Shown here piece by piece: positions 20,016-29,674 of a stretch of DNA of 64,000 nt. A program made the translations under genes and the position numbers. This stretch comes from an uncultured bacterium. GTDB taxonomy: Bacteria; Hydrothermota; E44-bin80. The stretch lies in the NCBI GenBank assembly GCA_964392665.1, contig CAYMQB010000006.1, forward strand, positions 7,856-71,855, given 5' to 3'. Under the pieces are notes generated by a model. That model had not been told where the DNA came from, did not search any database, and was given only the letters and a program-made list of their open reading frames with translations. Within the stretch, counting starts at the first letter, position 1. Each line of letters starts with the position of its first letter.

Positions 20016-22191
20016 AAGTGATATAAGGCAGATTTTAAGAAGAGTATTGTCGAGACCAGATATTGCTTTTTTGAAGTTTGCTATAATCCTGGTTTTTCTT
20101 AACATTATTTATCCGAAATTAGGTGATGTCAATTTTCCTGTTCAGGTTGGGGACATAGCACAGCAAGACGTTGTTGCACCATTTACTTTTCCGACGAAGA
20201 AAGCTTCACTTGAATTGGGATTAGAAAGAAAAAAGGCAGTAGAAAGCGTTTTGCCTGTTGCTGATTATGATGAAGATAAAACCAGTCGGATGAAGCACAA
20301 TATCGAAATGTTCCTAGAAGTAATTTATGGTGTGGAAGAAGGAAAACTTGAAGCAAGGAAGGAAAAGCTGAACATTCTTGGTTTTCAATTCTCGAAAGGA
20401 ACGATTTCTTTGTTGCTTAAGAAGGGCATCCGAGATAAGAAAGATAAACTTGAAAGCATACTATTGACTCCTGTAATAAACGGGATAATTTATGACAAAA
20501 GTAAGATCCCATATATGAAAGTGAAGAGAATTTCTGTGAGGAAAGCAGATGGTGAAGTTATATATTCACCGAAGGATTTCTTTAGTATTTCCGAAGCCAG
20601 GAACGAAGTTAAAAACAGAGCATTTTCAACTGTAAAAAAGAGCGAAGATATCATCAAAGCAATGGATGAGCTTACGGCACAATTTTACATGACGAATCTT
20701 CAAATAAATATAGAAGAAACAGAAAAGAGAAGAAAGGAAGCTAGTGCTTCGGTTTCTGAGACTAAGGGCTTGGTTTTGAAAGGTGAGATGATTGTTAGAG
20801 CTCATGATCAGATTACCGAAGATACTGTACTAAAGCTGAATTCGCTAAATGGAATTCTGGGAAGGAAAAGAAGTTTGATGGAAAGGATATTGCTGCGGAT
20901 TGGCTTAAACACTATTGTAATAATTTTGTTTTTCTTCATGTACTTTTTTGTTTACAGGTATAAAAGAAAACTCTGGGAAGAAAGTGAGAAACTGCTAATT
21001 ATAGAAATCGTAATCATTGTCTTCCTATATCTTGTATCTTTTCTTTTCCGTTTGGAACATATTTTTTTATTCCTAATTCCAATTTCATTTATCGCAATTG
21101 TAGTTGCGATGCTTTACGGTGAAGTCTTGAGTATTATAGTTTCCATTATTCTTGCGAGTTTAATTGCCGTATTTTCAGGAATGAGGTTTCCAGTTTTTAT
21201 TTTCCTCTTATTCAGTAGTTTTGCCGGAATTTTAGGAGTAAAAAGTATTAAAAGAAGATCACAGTTATATAAAACCTTGATATTTGTCTCAGCAGTGAAT
21301 ATTCTGTTGGCTTTTGGTCTTGAATCTTTTAGCAGAAATACAATTCAGAATATTCTCTTTGGTTCTTCTTTCGGATTCATTAGTGCCGTTGCTTCCATAT
21401 TTCTACTAATTGGGCTACTGCCCGTTTTTGAGAGACTTAGCGAGAGTACGACCAATATAACACTTTTTGAATGGTCTGACCTTAATTCTGCAATTTTGAA
21501 AAAACTGTCTATTACGGCACCTGGAACCTATAACCACAGTATTGTTGTTGGAAATCTTGCCGAAGCCGCGGCTGAAGCTATAGACGCCAATTCGATATTG
21601 ACAAGAGTTGCAGCATATTATCATGACATAGGTAAAATGGTTAAACCCGAGTATTTCATCGAAAATCAGATGGGACGAAAAAATCCTCATGCCAAGTTAA
21701 AACCCCGGCTTAGCTGCATCATCCTGATATCGCATGTTAAAGAAGGAGTTGAAATTGCGCGAAAAGCAGGATTACCAAAGGAAATAATAAGAGTAATTAG
21801 AGAGCATCATGGAACCTCCTTAATTATTCCTTTCTTTGAAAAGGCGAAGAAACAAAAACAGGAAGAGAAGGTTGATGAGAATGCCTTCAGATATCCTGGT
21901 CCTTTACCATCGACAAAAGAATCCGGAATAGTAATGCTTGCGGATTCGGTTGAAGCAGCATCCAGAAGCGTTGAAGATCCAAATGCCAGAAAAATAAAGT
22001 CTCTTATAAGTGATATAGTTGAAGAACGCTTTAGAACGGGGCAGTTGAATGAATCTCAACTAACTCTTGTAGAACTAACAAAAATCGGTGCAAGTTTTTT
22101 GCCTATTTTAGTAGGTATGCACCACCTGAGGACTGAATATCCTAAGAAGGAATCACAAGCCAAAAATCTTAAAACAACAGGCAACCGGTAA
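19990..22191 (+). CDS. 7TM-HD (HDIG) phosphohydrolase, PgpH-like
   Basis: Extracellular domain, multi-TM block, APGTYNHS, YYHDIGK, EHHGT, MLADSVEAASRS. Confidence 0.9.
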   Translation: MRNIQLKNKSDIRQILRRVLSRPDIAFLKFAIILVFLNIIYPKLGDVNFPVQVGDIAQQDVVAPFTFPTKKASLELGLERKKAVESVLPVADYDEDKTSRMKHNIEMFLEVIYGVEEGKLEARKEKLNILGFQFSKGTISLLLKKGIRDKKDKLESILLTPVINGIIYDKSKIPYMKVKRISVRKADGEVIYSPKDFFSISEARNEVKNRAFSTVKKSEDIIKAMDELTAQFYMTNLQINIEETEKRRKEASASVSETKGLVLKGEMIVRAHDQITEDTVLKLNSLNGILGRKRSLMERILLRIGLNTIVIILFFFMYFFVYRYKRKLWEESEKLLIIEIVIIVFLYLVSFLFRLEHIFLFLIPISFIAIVVAMLYGEVLSIIVSIILASLIAVFSGMRFPVFIFLLFSSFAGILGVKSIKRRSQLYKTLIFVSAVNILLAFGLESFSRNTIQNILFGSSFGFISAVASIFLLIGLLPVFERLSESTTNITLFEWSDLNSAILKKLSITAPGTYNHSIVVGNLAEAAAEAIDANSILTRVAAYYHDIGKMVKPEYFIENQMGRKNPHAKLKPRLSCIILISHVKEGVEIARKAGLPKEIIRVIREHHGTSLIIPFFEKAKKQKQEEKVDENAFRYPGPLPSTKESGIVMLADSVEAASRSVEDPNARKIKSLISDIVEERFRTGQLNESQLTLVELTKIGASFLPILVGMHHLRTEYPKKESQAKNLKTTGNR

Positions 22192-22291
22192 ATAGCAAAA
22201 CATTTATCATTATTTGGAAGTATAGAAAGTTATATACTATAAGGTTGGATTCAAAGATAATAAGGAACACCGATCCGAAAGAAAAGAGAAT

Positions 22292-22744
22292 TTGTCTGAA
22301 GTCATGATAACTTTCGATAACCTTACAAAAGAAAAGATTGATACAAAAAGTCTTAGAAAGTTGGCAAAAACGATATTTATTCGGGAAGGGGTTGGTGTTT
22401 CTGAAAAAATATGTTGTGTATTTACCAATGATAAATACATTAAAAGACTGAATCGACAATACCGGAATAGGGATTATCCGACAGATGTCCTTGCCTTTTC
22501 CTTTGTAGAAGGAGTGGGGGCTGATTTTAGGAATAATCAATTAGGTGACATTTATATTTCCACTGATACTGCGAAGGAAAATGCGAAAAGGTTTGCAGTT
22601 ACCTTTTCTTACGAAATAAAACTTCTTTTCATTCATGGTTTGCTCCATCTTCTCAATTACGATGATAACGAGGAGCTGGGAAAGAAAAAAATGGAACAGG
22701 AAGAAAGATACTATATTTCTTTAATCGAAGAGAAGGATTCTTAA
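22292..22744 (+). CDS. ybeY: rRNA maturation endoribonuclease YbeY
   Basis: LNRQYRNRDYPTDVLAF, LGDIYIS, HGLLHLLNYDD; conserved phoH-HD-ybeY-CBS order. Confidence 0.92.
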   Translation: MSEVMITFDNLTKEKIDTKSLRKLAKTIFIREGVGVSEKICCVFTNDKYIKRLNRQYRNRDYPTDVLAFSFVEGVGADFRNNQLGDIYISTDTAKENAKRFAVTFSYEIKLLFIHGLLHLLNYDDNEELGKKKMEQEERYYISLIEEKDS

Positions 22745-22745
22745 C

Positions 22746-24005
22746 ATGTTTAGACTTGTATCTTTAATTTTCGTTTGTTTTATTCTTCTTTTACTATCCG
22801 CATTCTTTTCGTCATCGGAAACTGCACTTTTTTCGATGAGTGAGTCGGAGATAATGGGAATAAAGACTTCGAACAGACGGCGCAAATCAGTATTTCATAT
22901 GCTAATGTTTCTTCCACAAAATCTTCTTACGACCATTCTATTGTCCAACACTTTAGTGAATGTTACTTTTTCTTTTTTGTTCACGCTGCTATTCCTCGAA
23001 TTTATACCCAGATACCATTTTGATGTTCGGCTTAGTATGCTAATAGATACGATTCTTATAACTTCATTTCTATTGATTTTCGGGGAATTTACACCGAAAT
23101 TCTACTCTCTTAGAAAGTATAAGAAAGTGTCAAGCGTCAGTGCCTCTTTGCTTTTCTACTTTGTTTTAATACTAAAGCCCATAGTGTTCTTGCTAAATAT
23201 AGCAAGCGAGTGGATAATAAAACTGACCGGATCTAAAATAAATGAGCAAATTTCTTTTAGTGAATTGGAAACTCTATTTGAGATAAGTGAAAATACGGGA
23301 GTTATTAAGGATAGAGAGAAGGAAATCATCAAATCTCTTTTTACGTTGAGCGAAGCTCGAGTGTCAGACATAATGCTTCCTCGAGTGAAGGTGTTTTCCA
23401 TTAGTGAAGATGCAAAGATCGGAAAGGTGTATAAACTCCTTAAGAAAAAGCCATATTCCCGTATTCCTGTATATTCAAAAAACAAGGAAAAAATAATTGG
23501 ACTCCTATACTTAAAGGATATTCTCATACATAGAGAGCAAAAAAACAGACAAGTAAAATCGATTCTAAGAAGCGCATTATTCGTACCTATGGAGATGAAA
23601 TTGAAAGACCTATTCTGTGAATTTAGAAAAAAGAGAGTTCATTTTGCCATTGTGGTCAATGAATTTGGTGGAACTGAAGGTGTTGTTACGGTAAGTGACA
23701 TATTGGAGGAGATTGTTGGTACCATAAAAGATGAGTATCATAGACTGAGTAGTCCGAGGTACAGATATGTTTCAAAGAACGAAATAATTGTTGATGGTGA
23801 ACTTAAAATCGATGAATTTCCAAAAGGTTTTTACAGTCAACTTCCACACGGAGACTATGAGACAATAAGTGGATTCATCCTGTCGAGTATGGGAAAAGTT
23901 CCTACGGAGGATATGTCTTTTGTTTACGAACATTTAGTTTTTACTATTGTGAAGTTAAATGGAAGGAAATTAGAGAAAATTCTTGTAAGCAGGAGCGAAG
24001 AGTAG
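22746..24005 (+). CDS. CNNM/CBS/CorC (hemolysin-like, TlyC/GldE type) transporter
   Basis: SAFFSSSETALFS, GEFTPK, SRIPVY, VNEFGGTEGVVT, DYETISGF. Confidence 0.9.
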   Translation: MFRLVSLIFVCFILLLLSAFFSSSETALFSMSESEIMGIKTSNRRRKSVFHMLMFLPQNLLTTILLSNTLVNVTFSFLFTLLFLEFIPRYHFDVRLSMLIDTILITSFLLIFGEFTPKFYSLRKYKKVSSVSASLLFYFVLILKPIVFLLNIASEWIIKLTGSKINEQISFSELETLFEISENTGVIKDREKEIIKSLFTLSEARVSDIMLPRVKVFSISEDAKIGKVYKLLKKKPYSRIPVYSKNKEKIIGLLYLKDILIHREQKNRQVKSILRSALFVPMEMKLKDLFCEFRKKRVHFAIVVNEFGGTEGVVTVSDILEEIVGTIKDEYHRLSSPRYRYVSKNEIIVDGELKIDEFPKGFYSQLPHGDYETISGFILSSMGKVPTEDMSFVYEHLVFTIVKLNGRKLEKILVSRSEE

Positions 24006-25241
24006 TTGATTTATATTATTATTTTATGTGCTTGTCTTCTGTTCATTATTTTCTTCACTTCTTCTGAGATAGCATTGATTTCCGCAAGTCCCATAAAGAT
24101 TCGGCATCTGGCAAAATCAGGGAATAGAAGAGCAAGGCAGGTAGTCGGATTTTTCTTAAAACCTGAAGATTACTTGGCAACCATCCTTGTGGGAACCAAT
24201 TTTTTCGTTGTTGCAATGACAGTTGTTGCTACGAGGTTTCTTTCGATATATTGGGGTGTTACAGGAAAAGTCCTTACAGCTTTTATCGTATCTTTCGTTA
24301 TACTGTTTTTTGGTGAGGTTATTCCCAAGTCGCTGTCTCGAGTTCATTCCAATAGAGTTGCCATGTTTAACTTCCCTATTCTGGAATTATTTCACATAAT
24401 ATTTCTTCCGCTTTCATGGATTGTAAGAAAAGTTTCCAGGCTTTTTCTACTGAGAGTAACTGTCAAAAGGGAAGAGAGATTTAAAGCAGGCATAAACCGC
24501 GAAACCCTATGGTGGGCATTAAATAAGACAATAATAAGTGAGAAAATAAAGAAAATTGACAAACAAATATTCAGCAAAATACTAAAATTGAGCGCAAAAC
24601 CTGCATCTATCGCAATGATTCCCAGAGTTAAAATGGAAATGTTAAACTATCCTTTCCAGATGAATGATGTTCTAAGAATAGCTGAAACAACAGGATTATC
24701 GCGATTTCCAGTCTATAGGAAAGAACCTGACAAAATAATAGGGATACTAACGCTTAAAGACGTTTTTACCCAGGAGAAAACAGCGATAAGAAAAATATTG
24801 AAACCTGCAAGATTCATTCCTCCAAACATGAAATGCGATGAACTCCTGACAGAATTAAGAGATGAACCGACACATATGGCTATTGTGGTAAATGAATTTG
24901 GAGAACTGGAAGGTCTGGTGACTCTTGAAGACCTCGTCGAAGAGCTACTGGGAGAAATAGTCGACGAATTTGATTCGAGAATCAAGGAAGAGATGATAAA
25001 GAAAATAGATAGTAAAAAATATATCATTAGCGGTTTGAGTAGAGTAGAGGAGGTAAACGAAGAATTACATCTTTGTATACCACCGGGTGATTATGATACA
25101 ATAAGCGGTTTCATTATGGAACATCTCAAAGGACTACCGACCGAGGATACAGTTATAGAGGAAGAAAGATTTAAATTAATAGTAAACGAAATGGACGGTC
25201 AGAAAATCAAGAAGGTTCTGGTAGAAATTAGAACACCATAA
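24006..25241 (+). CDS. Second CNNM/CBS/CorC paralog
   Basis: FFTSSEIALIS, FGEVIPKS, SRFPVY, VNEFGELEGLVTLEDLVEE, DYDTISGF. Confidence 0.9.
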   Translation: MIYIIILCACLLFIIFFTSSEIALISASPIKIRHLAKSGNRRARQVVGFFLKPEDYLATILVGTNFFVVAMTVVATRFLSIYWGVTGKVLTAFIVSFVILFFGEVIPKSLSRVHSNRVAMFNFPILELFHIIFLPLSWIVRKVSRLFLLRVTVKREERFKAGINRETLWWALNKTIISEKIKKIDKQIFSKILKLSAKPASIAMIPRVKMEMLNYPFQMNDVLRIAETTGLSRFPVYRKEPDKIIGILTLKDVFTQEKTAIRKILKPARFIPPNMKCDELLTELRDEPTHMAIVVNEFGELEGLVTLEDLVEELLGEIVDEFDSRIKEEMIKKIDSKKYIISGLSRVEEVNEELHLCIPPGDYDTISGFIMEHLKGLPTEDTVIEEERFKLIVNEMDGQKIKKVLVEIRTP

Positions 25242-25267
25242 AACACTGAATTGTAAATTCCGTTACT

Positions 25268-25311
25268 GTCATTCTGAATAATGTTTGCCATATTGATTTT
25301 AGAAGAATCTC
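25268..25311. repeat. Degenerate left half of a GTCATTCTGA...GAAGAATCTC element
   Basis: Same architecture as the GTCATTGCGAG...GAAGCAATCTC left halves. Confidence 0.5.
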
Positions 25312-25362
25312 AGGTTCAGTCTTTGAGCACAATATTACGATATGTTGCTTCACAACACTATA

Positions 25363-25398
25363 AACGATATTAACGAACAAAACGATCCAAACGTATTA
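25363..25398. repeat. Nonamer tandem array
   Basis: AACGATATT AACGAACAA AACGATCCA AACGTATTA. Confidence 0.65.
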
Positions 25399-25404
25399 AA
25401 GAAA

Positions 25405-25651
25405 ATGCTTATCTGCTTAACTCCCATTTTGATATTTAGCCTGAAAGTTTGTCATTGCGAGGAGCGAAGCGACGTGGCAATCTCATATTTAAGTAATAAA
25501 GCTTCAGATAGTTAACAGCGAGATTGCTTCGCAGTTGTGGAGCAAGCTCCGTGTAATAGGAAAGTGTTTTGTGCGTAATGCTATTACACAGGGCAAGAAG
25601 AAACGCTCGCAATGACGTTCTTGTGATATTGTGAGTTAAGCAGATAAGCAT
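25405..25651. mobile_element. MITE-like element with perfect 19-bp terminal inverted repeats
   Basis: ATGCTTATCTGCTTAACTC (25405-25423) / GAGTTAAGCAGATAAGCAT (25633-25651); no target-site duplication recognised. Confidence 0.65.
25451..25616. repeat. Palindromic REP/RPE-like element copy 2 with the same 61-nt cassette as 9020-9176
   Basis: GTCATTGCGAGGAGCGAAGCGACGTGGCAATCTC...GAGATTGCTTCG...CTCGCAATGAC. Confidence 0.92.
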
Positions 25652-25684
25652 ATTAAAGGGACATTAAACCTCGAAAGGCAGGGA

Positions 25685-27553
25685 TTATATATGTATAATG
25701 TGCTGAATAACAAAATAGAGCAGAACAGTCCATACTGACGCTGCGACTATATCAAGCACGAATCCGTTCTTAACTATTTCAGAGATTCTTACATGACCTG
25801 TTCCAAAAACGATTGCATTCGGAGGTGTGGCAACAGGTAACATAAAGGCCATTGAAGCTGCAACGGCTCCAGCAACCATCAGAATTGCCGGGTCTTTACC
25901 CAGTGTGATTCCAAGTGCAAAAAGAATCGGCATCATCATATTTGTAGTTGCCGTATTTGATGTTACCTCCGTTAGGAAATCGACGAGAAGAACGACAGCA
26001 AAAATCAGAAAAATCATCGGTAGATTCTTAAGTAGTGTGAGATGCATTGCTATAAAAGAAGCTGCACCTGTGTTGGCTAACGCTTTTCCAAGTGCTATAC
26101 CTCCACCAAAAAGCAAAAGGGTTCCCCATGGAATGCGGAGGTTCGTTTTCCAATCAAGAGTAAATTTCCACTTTCTTATATTGGTGGGTATTATGTAGAA
26201 GAGGATAACACCAATAATGGCGATTACAGAATCATTGACCCATGGAAGATGAAGCGGGATTGCCCACTGTTTTCTTGTAATCCACAAAATGGCAACTAAC
26301 AGGAAAATAACAAAAGTGTTTCTTTCCCCACCCTTTAATCTTCCCAATGTTTTTATTTTACTAACAATTATTTCTTTGGATTGTGCAATCTTGACACTCT
26401 CCATTGGATTCAACTTCATAAGAATTAGCCATGTCGTTGGTAAAAGCACAACAACAAGAGGAAGGCCAACGATCAGCCAATTTGCGAATGTTACCGTTTT
26501 GTTCAGCAACGCATCGAGGAAACCTGCAAGAATAATATTGGGTGGTGTACCTATCAGGGTTCCGATGCCCCCTATTGATGCTGCGTATGCAATACCAAGC
26601 ATCAGTACAAGTCCAAAATTGCTTTTACCTGGTTTTGCACCTGCGTTAATAATAATTGCAAGTGCAATGGGCATCATCATTGCTGTAGTCGCAGTGTTTG
26701 AGACAAACATTGAGACAACGGCTGTAGCAACCATTAATCCAAGTATTATTTTTTCCTGCGAAAAACCTATCATTCTCACGAAGTGAAGAGCAATACGTTC
26801 ATGTAGTCCCCATTCCTTCATTGCTTCTGCTATTGTAAAACCACCAATAAATAGCACTACAAGATAGTGCATATATGGACTGAATGCAGGAAAGTAACTG
26901 GGAAGAGAAGAATCGTTGTAGTGGGCGATTCCAAGAAGGGGAAGAAAAACCATTGGAAAAAGTGCAACAATCGGAATTGGGAGTGCCTCCGATATCCAGA
27001 ATATTGCCATTAGAATTGCTAACGCTATGGCGTTTCTGATTCCATATCCCTGTTTCTCTATTACCGAAGACAGTGGTTTTCCCTTGCTATCGATTTTTAT
27101 CCCTTCTTTCCCGGAAGTGTCGAAATTTTTTGGAACGCTGACCAGTATTTTTGATGATTTTTCCATTACTTCTTGAATATTGTTTCCATCTATCGACTGG
27201 ATTTTTTCCAGACCGGTGAAGGAAAGAAGTGTTTCTGTCACTTCTTGTGTGGAATGTTTTAGCACAACCTTCAGTGCTTCTACCATCATATCTTTAGATG
27301 GATGAATGAGCAAAAGGGAAGCAAAAACGACTATTCCCAGAACAAAACCAATTTTGTTTCTAAAAGCTATTCTAAAATCAGATACTTTGGTAGGTGTCTT
27401 GGTTGCACTTGAGGATTTTTCAACAAACCTATTTTTTTTGCTATTTGAAAAGTAGTAAACAAATTCCCTGGGATGCAAACACCAGGAAAAGATGCTTTTC
27501 GTCTTTATGTGTTCGTTCCACATAGTTGTTTTTATATTTTGAAAAACATTCAT
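25685..27553 (-). CDS. DASS/SLC13 sodium:di/tricarboxylate or sulfate symporter
   Basis: SMFVSNTATTAMMMP, GTLIGTPPN, TEVTSNTAT, LPVATPPNA motifs. Confidence 0.93.
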   Translation of the reverse strand: MNVFQNIKTTMWNEHIKTKSIFSWCLHPREFVYYFSNSKKNRFVEKSSSATKTPTKVSDFRIAFRNKIGFVLGIVVFASLLLIHPSKDMMVEALKVVLKHSTQEVTETLLSFTGLEKIQSIDGNNIQEVMEKSSKILVSVPKNFDTSGKEGIKIDSKGKPLSSVIEKQGYGIRNAIALAILMAIFWISEALPIPIVALFPMVFLPLLGIAHYNDSSLPSYFPAFSPYMHYLVVLFIGGFTIAEAMKEWGLHERIALHFVRMIGFSQEKIILGLMVATAVVSMFVSNTATTAMMMPIALAIIINAGAKPGKSNFGLVLMLGIAYAASIGGIGTLIGTPPNIILAGFLDALLNKTVTFANWLIVGLPLVVVLLPTTWLILMKLNPMESVKIAQSKEIIVSKIKTLGRLKGGERNTFVIFLLVAILWITRKQWAIPLHLPWVNDSVIAIIGVILFYIIPTNIRKWKFTLDWKTNLRIPWGTLLLFGGGIALGKALANTGAASFIAMHLTLLKNLPMIFLIFAVVLLVDFLTEVTSNTATTNMMMPILFALGITLGKDPAILMVAGAVAASMAFMLPVATPPNAIVFGTGHVRISEIVKNGFVLDIVAASVWTVLLYFVIQHIIHI

Positions 27554-27577
27554 TTTACTCCTTTGACATTTTGTACC

Positions 27578-27606
27578 AATATATAGTAATATGTGAACGA
27601 CGTCAA
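27578..27606 (-). promoter_or_regulatory. sigma70-type promoter for the DASS gene
   Basis: TTGACG-17 bp-TATATT on minus strand. Confidence 0.55.
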
Positions 27607-27615
27607 GAGAAAAAA

Positions 27616-27629
27616 TTACTTTAAAGTAA
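27616..27629. promoter_or_regulatory. Perfect 14-bp palindrome, candidate operator
   Basis: TTACTTTAAAGTAA between divergent promoters. Confidence 0.4.
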
Positions 27630-27693
27630 GTTCTTTAATCTCTTATACTTAAATATAAATAGAATTTTTTTTTCATTTTCTATCATTTTTTTC

Positions 27694-27721
27694 TTGACAA
27701 AAAAACGTTTTTGTGTATAAT
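27694..27721 (+). promoter_or_regulatory. sigma70-type promoter of the HTH-pilMNOPQ operon
   Basis: TTGACA-16 bp-TATAAT. Confidence 0.7.
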
Positions 27722-27772
27722 TACAGTGACTTAGAGTTAAGAATACTTAATTATAATCTGATTTTGATTGTT

Positions 27773-27958
27773 ATGGCTATATCATTAAAGAAAATAGACC
27801 CGAATAAGTTTTATACAATCCAGGAAATCTCGAATTTCCTTGACCTGAGTGCACAAACCGTAAGGACGTTTTTGAGAAAGAAGAAACTCAGAGGCAAGAA
27901 GATCGGTAGAAGGTGGCATATTCTGGGGAAGAACATCATTAATTTCATTAAAGAATAG
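27773..27958 (+). CDS. Small excisionase/HTH_17-like DNA-binding protein
   Basis: FYTIQEISNFLDLSAQTVRTFLRKKKLRGKKIGRRWHI; start moved to ATG 27773 because the ORF-track GTG overlaps the -10 box. Confidence 0.85.
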   Translation: MAISLKKIDPNKFYTIQEISNFLDLSAQTVRTFLRKKKLRGKKIGRRWHILGKNIINFIKE

Positions 27959-27966
27959 AGGTAAAA

Positions 27967-29001
27967 ATGTTTGGAAAGAGAAAAGCAATAGTCGGTCTTG
28001 ATATCGGAAGTTCTCAGATAAAAGTCGTAGAACTCACAGGATACCCAAAGGCAGCTTCCATTTTGAAAGTTGGAATTGCTCCCCTCTTGCCTGATGCCAT
28101 CGTTGATGGAGAAGTGATGGACAGAGAAGTTGTCATCGATACGATTAAGGCTTTGTATGACAAATTCGCAATCCAGGCAAAGGATGTGGTAATCGCAATA
28201 TCGGGAAGGGGAGTAATTGTTAAGAAGATAACAATGGATAAGATGAAACGGAGTGATGTGCAGGAACAGATTAGATGGGAAGCTGAGCAGCACGTTCCAT
28301 TCGATATCGATAATGTTTCTCTCGCATTTGAGATAGTAAATCCTGATGCAGGTGAAGGTCAGATGGAAGTCCTTTTGGTTGCAGCTAAAAGCGAAGTCGT
28401 GAATTCTTATATAAGCCTTATAAAGGAAATTGGTCTTAGTCCAGTTGTACTCGATATTGCTTCGTTTGCTATTCAGAATGTTTACGAGCACAATTATCCT
28501 GTTCTACCGGATAAATTGGTTGCACTCGTCACGATTGGCTCGGAGATTACAAATATTAGTTTCATCATAAATAATGTTAATCATTTCACAAGAGATGTTT
28601 TTTCTGCAACCAATAGTTGTTCTCAGAAGATACAGAGGGAACTTGGGCTTAACCGTGCTCAAGCAGAGCAACTAATAAGGGGTGAAAAGGTTGAGGGAAT
28701 CAGTGCAGATAGTGTTGACAAATTCTTCCAGGAATTTGCTGAAGAGGTTGCAGTGGGGCTTGACAAAGTTATACCGTTTTTGCCCGGTGAAAAGGAGAAA
28801 ATCGATCGCATAGTAGTATGCGGCGGTGGAGCGTTAATTCGTGGATTAGTTGATTACTTGAAAAACAGATTTGATACAGAAGTAATTGTTATTAATGCAT
28901 TACAAAACATAAAATACGATCCTGCTGTTTTCATTGAGGAGAGACCAGAGAAGATCTCACCTGTAATAGCAGAAGCTATTGGACTTGCTTTGAGGGGCTG
29001 A
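27967..29001 (+). CDS. pilM: Type IV pilus assembly protein PilM
   Basis: VGLDIGSSQIKVVEL, WEAEQHVPFDI, VLLVAAK, VCGGGA actin-like fold. Confidence 0.95.
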   Translation: MFGKRKAIVGLDIGSSQIKVVELTGYPKAASILKVGIAPLLPDAIVDGEVMDREVVIDTIKALYDKFAIQAKDVVIAISGRGVIVKKITMDKMKRSDVQEQIRWEAEQHVPFDIDNVSLAFEIVNPDAGEGQMEVLLVAAKSEVVNSYISLIKEIGLSPVVLDIASFAIQNVYEHNYPVLPDKLVALVTIGSEITNISFIINNVNHFTRDVFSATNSCSQKIQRELGLNRAQAEQLIRGEKVEGISADSVDKFFQEFAEEVAVGLDKVIPFLPGEKEKIDRIVVCGGGALIRGLVDYLKNRFDTEVIVINALQNIKYDPAVFIEERPEKISPVIAEAIGLALRG

Positions 29002-29032
29002 TTAATGAATAAGTTCAAAAATAGGAGCGATT

Positions 29033-29674
29033 ATGGTTAGAATAAACCTTATTCCGAAAGAAGAAAAGGTTAAGAAAAGAGCTGGTTTTAGAGGTCCTTC
29101 AATAAAGATGCCAACAGGGATAGAAAACTATCTTGGTATAGGACTCGTTGTATTAGTAATAATTATTCTGGCTTTTGTTCATATCGGGCAGAAAAGGAAC
29201 ATTACACGACTTAACACGAATATCCAAGAAACAAGAGAAGAATTAAGACAACTCGAGGAAGTCGTTAAACTTGTGAAAGAGCTCGACAGGAAGAGGAAAG
29301 ATTTGAATACAAGGATAGAGATAATTAGAGGATTGAATAGAGGGAGATATGAAAAGGCTAGATTTCTTTACACACTTAGCTCAATACTTCCCGAATATTG
29401 CTGGATCCAGAATTTGGATGTAAAGGCAAGTACTATTACCATAAAGGGTATTACTTTTTCAAATCAGGTAATTGCTGCTTTGATGAGGAGATTGCAGGGA
29501 GAGAAGATTTTTCAAGCAATTGAGTTGAGGAGCATTGTGGGAAAGGAAGTTGATAACCACAATGTTATGGAATTTGACCTCAAAACTCAACTTATCGAAG
29601 CCTCTGGTGCAGTATTACAGAAAGCACCGGGTGCAAAAACGAGCACAAAATCCAAGAAAGGAACAACAAAATGA
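29033..29674 (+). CDS. pilN: Type IV pilus assembly protein PilN
   Basis: MVRINLIP N-terminus, single TM, coiled coil. Confidence 0.92.
   Translation: MVRINLIPKEEKVKKRAGFRGPSIKMPTGIENYLGIGLVVLVIIILAFVHIGQKRNITRLNTNIQETREELRQLEEVVKLVKELDRKRKDLNTRIEIIRGLNRGRYEKARFLYTLSSILPEYCWIQNLDVKASTITIKGITFSNQVIAALMRRLQGEKIFQAIELRSIVGKEVDNHNVMEFDLKTQLIEASGAVLQKAPGAKTSTKSKKGTTK

Noticed and set aside
25242-25684. CRISPR array
   Set aside because: Repeats are 9-mers or palindromes with no repeat-spacer periodicity; no cas genes in the window
27811-28491. 226-aa antisense ORF
   Set aside because: Lies opposite pilM and the HTH gene; no motifs; shadow ORF
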